From assembly GCA_051362555.1 (NCBI GenBank), contig CM120641.1:35718401-35782400 (forward strand): DNA of 64,000 bases. Direction: 5' to 3'. The notes beneath the pieces are model-generated. The model searched no databases. It was not told the DNA's origin and saw nothing but the letters and a program-made list of their open reading frames with translations. The DNA is from Lingula anatina (Eukaryota > Animalia > Brachiopoda). The position numbers and the translations under genes were made by a program. Below are positions 10,943 to 22,000 of this stretch, one piece after another. The stretch's first letter is position 1, and the number at the start of each line of letters is the position of its first letter.

Positions 10943-13817
10943 ATGGAGTGGGTGAAGGTGAGATTAGATAAAACACCAATGAATAAGAAAGGGAATGAGA
11001 TGAAATCAGTTATGCAAAATATTGAAAATATTAACAATCCTGTAATTCTAATATACTAGCTAATAATTAAAAAAAAGTTAAGAATGAATGTTATATAAAT
11101 AAAGTCTTATGATGTATGATATTTTCCCCCTTTTCCTTCTTTTTTAGATTGCAATTTTTCTGATAAGATGCAGTCATGGGATTTATGGTATTGCAATGAT
11201 GGCAGATTGCCCCTCATTTGATAGGACATTAGTAGACCCAGCCGAGCAATGGTGTAAGGATGATGCCACAGTCACATACACTGTAGCCAAACAAAACTGT
11301 GAAGACATTTGTTCAGTCCTGGCAGTACCAACTACTGGTACTGCGGAATCATTTCATGAATTGTAATTAATAAGTTTTTTATGTATGTTTTAATAATTTT
11401 TTATGTTTAAGTGATCACAATGCACAGGGTTTAAATTTCATTGTTTCCTTTAAAAAATTCAAATTTAACATTTAATGTGACAGAGACACGTTGTGAAGTG
11501 TAATGTATTCTTTGGCAATTAAATTATCATTTACAAAGAGGATATCTTTGATCATCACTTTGTAATTTCTTTAATAGTAATATTGATTTTATATCTTATC
11601 ATTTGTGTACAGCACCAATGGCACTCAGCGTTGGATAGGCATAGAGAATGGTGGCAGTGCCTGGTCTGGCATGGATTCTGGCTATAACAAATGGCCAGGT
11701 GGTGTAGAACCAAGCAGCAATGGGCAGTGTCAAGCAGCTACCTTCACATACAACCATGCAGATACTTCAGTAACATTCTCAGCACACAGCTGTGAGGACA
11801 CATTCTCATACCAGTGTCAACAAGGTAATGTAGGTATACTGGTATGTTAAAGTCGTAATGACTCTTCATTTTGGCCAAAAATTGGATTTTCCTGGAGTAA
11901 ACGTCAATTTTCCCGTACTTACCAATGGTCAACGACCCCATTCCTGCATCCAAAGTTATTCCAGGTTTTTTTCCTAAACGTTTGGTTTTTTGTTAAGATC
12001 TCTTTAGAGATTTTAACTGACAGAACCCTCTCTGACATTGCATAGTCAGGCGATATTGAGTGATATTTTCTGGTGACCTACTTAAAACTGCGGGAAAAGA
12101 TTCATAAGATATATTCGTCTCATTGCTCAAAATGCATTTTTAGCTACAATGAGTGCAGTTCTGGGTTTTTCGTTTCCAACGCACTCGCAACTTACGTCTG
12201 CGGATTGCATCATGCGTCTCTTCATATGGCACCATATGTTTTTTTGGTCTCTAATGAACACGAGAATCTGCGTGGCACCCCAACGTCATTAGAAACGGAT
12301 GCCTTGACGACCGGGAAGAGAGGCATCGAAAGCCTTATTGACAAGCACAGATTTACGTAAGTTTTACAGCAATAACAGCCGTTTTAGTGGTAAAATACAA
12401 TATAATATATTTTCATGCATTGTTTACGCTGTATTTCTTGTGGAATTTTGAATCTCAAAGGAAGAGTTATTATTGCTTTAATATAAAGGATCCAGTTTGA
12501 TAAGCAAAATGGCATATTTTTTATGTACACCTGTTCCAATATTGCTTTGTGCTCCTGTCTTAAACCACTGACAGTAAATCAGAACACACTAAAAAGAGAT
12601 TTTGTATTCTATAAGAAAGCTAGCAAATATGTCTAGCACATTTACTAAATTTCTATTGTGTTCATGTCTTTCAGACATGTGGGAATGTAATATAGTCTTG
12701 TTCAATATATATATATATATTGATTTGTCATCATAGACTGGGTTCCCATCCGCAGATCGATCTAACAGGATCAGGGTTTCTTGCTAAATTGCTTTCAGTT
12801 CAAGTGGCTTCGATGTCTGGAACACCTAATAAAGCTGCTAAACGATAGTTAATTACCCCCTATCAGCTTCAGTAGGCGTGACAGACATCTAAGTGGCTTA
12901 ATTGCAATTAAGTGAGAATCCCCTTGTAGAAAGTTCAATCCAAAGTTGGGAATGGTCTCGTATACAACAGTTAGGAGAGAAGAACTTACAGGGATAAGAA
13001 CTGTTCATAAAATATCGACATTTCACAATAAATATATTGTACGTAAACAACTTATAGAAATATAACAAAATATATATTATACCACCAAAACGGCAGTTAA
13101 CACAATTATTCTGGAATTTGTGCTTGACATCACATCACGTCACATGACTTCCATAGAATGCTACACTCTGTAATAGTCTCTAAAGATAATTTCACGAAAA
13201 TCAAACTTAAAAAAAAACCCCAGGACTAACGTTGAATGTGGGAATGGATTCATTAACCACTGATATGGGGAAATTGTTCTTTTCACCAGGAAAATCCATT
13301 TTTGGGTCAAAATGAACAGTTGTTATCCCTTTAACACTGAAATTAAACTTAAAGTTGACCAGTTTTTATGAAAGCAGTCCCTAGTATAAACATATGTGGT
13401 TATACACTTTCGAATGCACATATTATGGTGGCCCATTGTTCTTAATCTAGCTAAAAGTATTGTCCTTTATTTATTACTAAAGGCGACCTTGCTTTCAGCC
13501 ACTGCTCCTTGTGGTGCCTCACCAAACATTGCCCAGGCAACAAAGGTGTACAGCCGGTGTAGCTCCAATTGTTGTTTTGTTGGGGGACAGGTAAATTACA
13601 CATGCCAAGCAGGATACCAGCTCACTGGATTTGAAGGCTCAGTAACATGTAACAGTGATGGGAACTATTCTGTTGATGCCAGTGTTGGAACTTGTGTTGG
13701 TGAGATAGATTCTTTAAGCCGAGTGTACCAATGTTTACAACCCTGCTATTTTGTTAAAAACTCTAATTTTGACATTTTTTTTTATCTCAAAGTTTAAAGT
13801 CTTGCTTTTTTGTAAAA

Positions 13818-13864
<47 letters not shown>

Positions 13865-15124
13865 CAAAATATGTAAGAATGAGATGTGAAATGCAGTTTG
13901 TCTTATCTTTTGTCTATTTTTTTTTCTTTCCAGCATTATCATGTTCTAATTACACCCTAAACAGTAACAATCATGTGACAGGCAATGACACCAGTGGAAG
14001 CTACTTGTATGGCACAGTGATAGAGTTCACATGTGAGGATGGTTATGAGCTGGTCAGAGGTGGAGGAGCTACCACAAAACTTGTTAGATGTAGTGCATCT
14101 GGAGCCGGTGTAGACTGGGACTCAACAGTTCCCACATGTCAGGGTATGTTTGTACTCAGTATTGTTGTTTTACCCATTCCCTGAATAAACCAATGTTTAC
14201 AAGCCAGCAATTCTGATAAAAAACTGTTCCAATTTTGACATTAAATTTTTTTTATCTAAGAGTTAAAACTCTAATTGCTTGTTGGTAAAAATGTAGCACG
14301 ATTTTGAAGTTTTCAGAAAAAACTTTTTTGTCTTGCCATTGATAGCGTCATTTCTGTTTTCATTTTCAGATATAATTGTTTCTAATGTGAGTAAAAGTTA
14401 CACATAGGAATGATATGTGAAATGCAGTTTGTCTTATCTTTTGTCTTGATTTTTTTCTTTCCAGCATTTTCTTGTTCTAATTACACACTAAACAGCAACA
14501 ATCATGTGACAGGCAATGACACCAGTGGAAGCTACGTGTATGGCACAGTGATAGAGTTCACATGTGAGGATGGTTATGAACTGGTCGGAGGAGGAGGAGC
14601 TACCACAAAACTTGTTAGATGTAGTGCATCTGGAGCCAGAGTAGACTGGGACTCAACAGTTCCCACATGTCAGGGTATGTTTGTACTAAATGTTGATGTT
14701 TTACAAAACCTGAACAGGGTGAAGGAGTGGGCAATACAGGTTAAGTAACCATATACATCATGTATGTGCCAATCAAAATAGTTTTAACTTCAGTAGTTCC
14801 ATGTCTGCAGGGGGTATATAGGTGTAATATAGATATATTGGAAAGGAGACAGTACAGTTGGGTGTCCCTAAGCATTAAAAAAAAATCTACGATGAAGGTT
14901 TCAGTCTTAATTTTCACATTAGTGATACATTTTTTTAAAGAGAACTGGAGTTTAGGTTAAAAAAATCCTGCAAGCTGTCATTAAAACTTTTGATTAATTT
15001 GAATTTTTTTTCTTTTGTTCCAGTATCCCAACCTGCTTCCACAGCTGTCAGTAATTACCCAAGAAATGTATTTACTTGTGCCATAATAATACTATCAAAC
15101 CTGCTTGTTTACATACAGTTTTAA
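10943..15124 (+). CDS. Gene B: signal peptide-CTLD-3xCCP-GPI signal, ~387 aa
   Basis: Exons 10943-10957 (MEWVK), 11148-11362 (IAIFLIRCSHG...DCPSF...WCK...AKQNCEDICSVLAVP), 11613-11824 (WIGI...YNKWPGGVEPSSNGQC...SCEDTFSYQCQ), 13499-13699, 13934-14143, 14465-14674 and 15024-15124. Total 1164 nt, open frame, all introns GT-AG. Ends in a hydrophobic tail with no cytoplasmic part. AATAAA at 15676. Confidence 0.88.
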
Positions 15125-16033
15125 AGGATTTGTATAAATGCAGCTTTGAAGGATAAGCCATGATAGTTTTTTTGAATATCAAAGACTCTCTATAATGTAT
15201 TTATCTATGTTACTATTTCTTTTGTTTATAAGTAAATTTGTTGTTGATTCGCTTTAGTTGTTTAACTGACTGGGTTGTAAAAAAGTGATAAAAATTGATT
15301 ATTTAACACAAAGTTTGTTTTATTTCAATCTATCTGTCAGATTCTGTACAATAACACCAGGAAAAAGAAAGGAATATAAATGTGAGTACAATATTCAGGC
15401 TAGGAAAGGGGAGAAAAGTAAAAGGGAACCCTGTTACAGTGTAGTTATCGGGTTGATGAGGCTCAGTCTTTGGAAGGTCAGGCACAAGACCTTGAAATAT
15501 GTCTAAGCATTTTTGTTGTGGTAACCGTTTTTCACATCTTGATTATGACCATTTTTGCATGCAAGCTTCACCGTTTGTACCCATATGTACGCATGCTATT
15601 TTATGATAAAAAATACCCCATTTTAGGTAACTTTTTTCACAGAGCACCCCTAATGCGTTACTTTATAAAATGATTAATAAAATGCAACATATTTAATATA
15701 TGTATTTCGTCTATATAATGGTTCTGTATTATCCCACCCTGAGCTTCAGAGATAACTTGAAACGAATCTCTTGTGTTATATTTAATATATGATATTAATT
15801 CATTCAAGTTTTGTTACGCTGGGTGTTTACGTAAATTCCCAAGATTTCCTTATTTTCATCACAACGTGAACCCAGCATTTTAAGGGTTTCTCGCTATACA
15901 TATCCCCAAATTTTCCAGCTTTTCAAATTTGGAAACGTTTCCAAACAAAATGCAACGGTCGGTTTCGTATGCCTCGTTAATACAGCGTATCTCCTTTTAC
16001 TACCTTCTTACTGTTTAAGTATAGCCTTTTATT

Positions 16034-19000
16034 TTATACGCCAGTTTTTTCTTCTGGCCTAGCCTTTCTTGATCTGCTTTGTATGTTTGCTTTGGCCCAC
16101 GATAAATGACGCTTAAGAGTCCGTATGTCAGACGCAACTATAGACACAACCACAGAAACTAAAACTATCACCCCAACACTTCCGGTGATAGCGGCGCCAG
16201 GGGCCTCTTTTGGTGGGTAGCGGGTGGTGCGCTTCTCTACCTTGATGGGTTCGCCTGAAAATACATGTACAATAATTTTAATGTCCACAAGGCTGTCAGT
16301 ATATATATTTTAAAGTAAATGATCTTCCAGTGTTTCTTAAAGCGGCAGTTCTATTTGAGTGAGGGGTTAGAATAAAACCCCATCAATAAATTGTTCTGAC
16401 ACCATATCATTGGCAATATTGCCAGTTACAAAGTCAATGGTTTACGTTTTGAGTTATAATGTATTGAGATAGTAAAAACAGACTACAATATAATTTTTTA
16501 AGTCCACCACACACATACATACATGTACAAGTACCAGTAGTAAATGAGTACGCGGGGGGACCAGGACGAAGACTTCTGTTTTGAAGGGATACATAAATAG
16601 AACAGCGATGGATAAGATGATGCATCAAGATGAAGGGAGTTTATATTGAAAAGTAGTAGCCAACTTTTCATTTCTAGGAATTCCAAAGTACAAGACGCCG
16701 AGAACTTTTTGATCGTACCTCGTATATCGCATTACGGGTCAGAAACTGGAAAAGTGATGGCAAACCACCCCTGCAGGGAAGAACGTACAACTTCCTTGGG
16801 GGCAATATAATCAGTAAAACGAACGTTTGGATTGTTAAACAACCTAGTTACAGTAGTGTGATCCATATTTCAGAAGTCTGTAATGCCATTAACTCACTTG
16901 CACATACGATATCTGGGGGAAGCCAGTCCCCTTGAGCTGTGCATCTACTAAATCGCTGTGTATCGCCAGTGGAGAAAACATAACCATTGGTGCAGTTATA
17001 TGTGATCTTGGTGCCGTATATCCATGATGTCTGATTTTCATCCAGTGGCTCGCTGTAGTTTGCAAACACACCAACAGGTGGTGGCATAGTGCAATTGATG
17101 ACTGAAACCAGGAAACACATATTAGAATTGTTGAAGTAGGTTTTAGTACAGTTTTTATCCATTTTATTATATTTTATTGGGCAAAAACAACTCGATTATG
17201 AGGTCCATCTAACATATTAACCTACATTTTACCTAAGAAACCAGGCTGCATTTTAACCCTTAGCTGGTGCATAAAAGTCATTTTCTTCTGATAAGTCCAA
17301 GTGGATTAACCACTTCAGCATATCTTTTCAAAGAATAAATAATCTGTATTATGAAAGATGAAATGAGGCAAGGGAAATATTAGGGAAAAAGGCCTGTGTA
17401 TGTCAAGGCTCGTTCTGGCAAAGGGCCATGCATATACACCAAATAAAGCAAGTAGAAAGTCCACTCCTATATCATTTTTTGGGTAATATGGAGTGATTTA
17501 TTTTGGTATTTCTCTAGGTTATTCTGTTATATTTGAAACTATACCGTAGCATTTGGTCGGTTTTCGTGGCAAAAAAAAAAAAAAAAAAAAAAAAAACAGC
17601 TTAAAATGCATCTTAAACTACACATAATCAAATGTCTTACAAACCTTGACAACCCATGGGACTTAATGTAGGTGTCCAGGTTGCAGACATTTCGCAGGTC
17701 TGGTTCCCTGTCTTTGAACCGTCCGGCATCATAAATCCTTTATCACATACATAAGTTGCCACGCTCTGGTAGGTCAGACCAGTAGAGTTGATGACTCCAT
17801 TTGCGATTGGCGTCAACTGCGGGCATGTCAACGCTGTAAGGAAGAAAAATAACTAGAGAATGAGAGAGGCGATACCGCCTACGGGTATTGTACAACCAGC
17901 TGGAGTAAGTGCATTCGCATGGAGAACAAAAAAAGGGACACCACCTCCAGTGTTGTGCTTGCCAAGCTCTACAAAATGTAGTAAACAAGAACTCTCATTT
18001 TTTATCGTATGGAAAAGTAAAAGGTCAGATCCAAGGTTGCAGTAAGATTGTGAATATACGACTGAGTTCAATAGTATATATATAATTAAGAGCCTGGAAA
18101 TTTGCGAAGTGCGGTTCAGGGTGAATAGTAGGTCAAAGATTAATTTCAATGTCACAGGAAGACTGTCAATATATGAGTTCCTTTCCAAGTTCAGTAGTAA
18201 CTATGGGTATATCTCTGCCAGTTTCGGAGATATAAGGGACGGAAATTTGCAAAGTACAATTCACGGTAAAAATAGGTAAAAGCTTAATTTCAAGGACACA
18301 GATTGCCATTATATGACTTCCTATTCATGTTCAATAGAAACTATGGGCTTATTCTCTGCTAATTTTGGAGTATTTCACATTTTATTTTTACCACTGAATA
18401 TTGCGCCGTTATACTTTTCCTATATCGCAACTCCTAAACTGTGTACAAGACAAAAAATGGACACCACTTTCAGTATTGCGCTTGACAAGCTCTACAAGGG
18501 GCCTCTGGCATTACAGGTACGATTCAAGAATTAGAGAGTTTTTAGTTTCTGCATCTAATGACTGCTTCTCCTGTGAAAATGCACCGATTGACCCCAAACT
18601 CCCGAAGATGAAAGGAGTCCCTAATTGTAACCGGTCACTATAATATGACAGCATAGGTCTGTGAAGTTTCTGAAAATTGGCAAATTTTTTTTTTTTTTTT
18701 TTTTTTTTTTGCGGAAAATTCCCATTTTTAGTACATTTTGGCCCGTTTGACTTTGAAATGAAGGTCAAAGTTCAAATCCAAGGGCATATTTGGAATCTCC
18801 ACATATGAATTTCGGTCAGACTTCTATAGCAGGGGCGGATTCAGAGATATTTACTGACAGTCTTCCAAATTATCTTTGTTGATTCATCCTCCAATTTTGA
18901 CCGTCTTACAACAGAAAAAATTAGATACCCGTCAATGTAAACTTGAAAATCTGACCGTCTTCCGGAAGACCCAGAAGACGGCCTAAATCCGCCCCTGTAT

Positions 19001-22000
19001 AGTAACTTTTCTCATTGTTTGGGAGATATTTAGCATTCAATTTTCAAAAATTTTGACAAGGGTCCGTCAAGCCTATGCAAATGCACCGCCTGAAAAAAAC
19101 AGAGGGTTCAAGTTGAGAGTATATGTGACCTAAATCCCAGATATGGATACACGGGCTTTTGTGGTCTAGGAGGAGAAGCGGTAACGGTGTCTTCTTTCCG
19201 GCGCCAGACTGCGGGACCGGCGGAGCCGTACAAGTCGGACCGGTGTCACGTGAAGAAACCGTCGTCGTGAATAAACCGTTCTGACGGATTATTCACGCGG
19301 GGGTAGCAGTCTGTTGACTTACAGTACGTAGCTGCACATGCATTTCCAACATTTCCCCGTAGAGAAAGTTGTAGTATTATCAAACACACAATTTCTTTTT
19401 AATGAAAATGACTGAACTCTGAATTGAAAGAACATTGTAGAGTGAAAACATTCGAGTCTACGATCTACCACGTTTTTCACACAGAGCAAAACAGTTCAGT
19501 CACGATCAGAAGCTCACTTCCAACATGCCCCCGTATACTGTAGTAATAAGATTATCAAATACATACTTTCTCATGACGAAAAACCACTGAATTATGAATT
19601 GAAAGATCATAGTTCAGTGCAAACATAGCGCCTACTTAGGACGACATCGCCATACCGGAGGTTACTTCTTTCAATCTACCCTCAATGCGCATGTGCAGAA
19701 CGGTTTCGTCACGGCACGGGTCTATCACGCCACACCGGGACTAAAACCTTGAGTACCGCCAGCACACACGCTGGTGGTACTTATAGTTAGTATGCGTGAG
19801 TCTAATCTTTTTAATTATTTGTGATTTTGATTGTATTTAAAAATACACTATTTATCCTAAACCTAATACACCTGTTAGCATTTCACTAAAAAAATATGTG
19901 AAGTGAGGGGCATTTTACCGTTCTGAGAATCTGATGGATATCTTTCCTTAGTGCACCTATTTCAAAAGAAACTGACCATATGATGAATGATTTACCACAG
20001 CTGCATTCTAAACTGTCGACAAGTATATGTATGTTACCTCACATGAAATGTGCGTTACATACCTACACAGGCTGGAATCCCCGTGACCGTCCATGCTCCA
20101 AGTTCATTACACCTGGTAGACCTTGTAACAGTGCCATCAGAAAACATATATCCACTGTCGCAGGTATAACCAACCACAGTGTCATAGGCTGTAGAGGAGG
20201 TATTGTAACTGGCAAACGTCACGTTCTGTACAGCAGGACAGGTGAATTCTGTAACATGTCGAAGAGTGTCACGTACTGTATGTTCATTTGAGCTAAAGAA
20301 AACTGCGAAATCAAACTAAAACACCACTGTACACGTCAAATCATCTCCTTATCATATAATACGTTATATTTAAACAATTACAAGCTCAAGCTGCTGGTAC
20401 AGATTGTAGCCTTGTATCATTATATTGTTACGTAAAACTAAGAACGTGAACCGTCTTACACATGTTGACATGTGACAGCCAGTTTTTTGTTCTCCATACG
20501 ATTACGGTCACAGTTTGCTGGTACGGCCGGTGACTTTGTGCCGTCAGCCTGACATGTGACAGTCATACTTACGGTCACAGCGTGCTGGCACGGTTGGTGA
20601 CAATGTGCCGTCAGTTTGACATGTGACGGTCATACTTAAGATCACAGCTTGCTGGTACGGCTGGTGACCATGTGCCGTCAGTTTGACATGTGACGGTCAT
20701 ACTTACGATCACAGCTTGCTGGCACGGTTGGTGACCATGTGCCGTCAGCTTGACATGTGACGGTCATAGTGGTGCTGCTGAGAGAATTAAACCGCCATCC
20801 ACCGTTGCATGTCAAAGTTACCGAGGTGCCATAGTTTCTGACTGCTGATGATGCTGTTGCCTGTGTAACACTTAGGGCGGGGCACTGCACGGCTGGAGAA
20901 AAGAAATATCCATTGATGAATTTAAAAGAATAGCAGTAATTCATATAGGATTCAAATTCCACAATAAAGCATTGTAAACAATACACAGAAATATAATAAA
21001 TTCCATTTTACCACCAAAAGGGCGTTTATCGCAATTATTTTGAATTCTGTGCTTGCCATAGGATCACGTGGACATTTTAAGATGTTTACTATCCGTGAAA
21101 ACTCTTAGGAGATTGTTATAAAAATACGCTTCATTCAAAAAAAACTGTCAACATACTTTGAACGCGGAAAAAATCCAGGTACCCCAGAAAAACGCGACTC
21201 ATGGCATCCCCCCCCCCCCAAAAAAAAAAAAAAAAAAATGAAGAGTTATTGTCACTTTCATTTGCCAGATAAAGTATTACATGTGTCAGTAGCAGCCCAT
21301 TTATGTTTTTTGTTTGTAGCCTTGGCCGTGATCTTGCATCAAACAAGACAAAAATGCAAATACAACTAACTATATAAATCCGCGTATACTTTATTTGGTA
21401 TGCATGGTCACCCATGTACCCTTTGCCACTGGAGCATTGTTTAGGACTGTGATTGGCGTCGTGCTCGGGTATCCTGCAATTTCTACAGCGATACCTCCCA
21501 TTAAATAACGCATTTGAACTCACACTATTTCACTATGATTAACTTGATCATTTGCCGGAAATACCATTAATGGTGTCAACAAGCGACCAGGATTTTTAAA
21601 TATCTTACTACTTTGCGTATATTTTTCTGCATGTCGATGCCGTGATATGGTACTTACTTTGGCATGAAGACGGGGTACAATAAGAAGTGCGGGTCACGTT
21701 TTTAAGTTTACCTATGTAATCAAAAGGCATATAAGACGAAAGCCTAACAAAACCCCCACGTTTTCTGTGCATGAGCATTTTCTCGCACGTATGCATACGC
21801 AAGTCTTATACGCTAGTCTGTGACAGCGTCTTGAGCATGAAAGAGGTTCGTATGAGTATCGTATGTGAAATCGATTATACGCCTGGATTTTCTCAGAGTA
21901 TGAGAAAGGACAAATAAGCAGCAAAGAAATAGCCTGTTGATAATCTAATAACACCGTATGAATTGCGTTTGAATATCGTATGAGTGACATATTCAGTATA

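Noticed and set aside
1091-15124. A and B as one long gene, or as an assembly duplicate
   Set aside because: Each has its own stop-containing terminal exon and AATAAA, and B has its own signal-peptide exon. They differ by substitutions, indels and a MITE. Allelic mis-assembly is less likely but not fully excluded without reads.
19980-20291. + strand ORF conserved with 42284-42577 as a separate gene
   Set aside because: It is the antisense shadow of the CCP9 exon in genes C and D.
20500-20767. Regularly spaced repeats as a CRISPR array
   Set aside because: The units are contiguous 67-bp tandem copies with no unique spacers, derive from an exon end, and lie in a eukaryotic intron.
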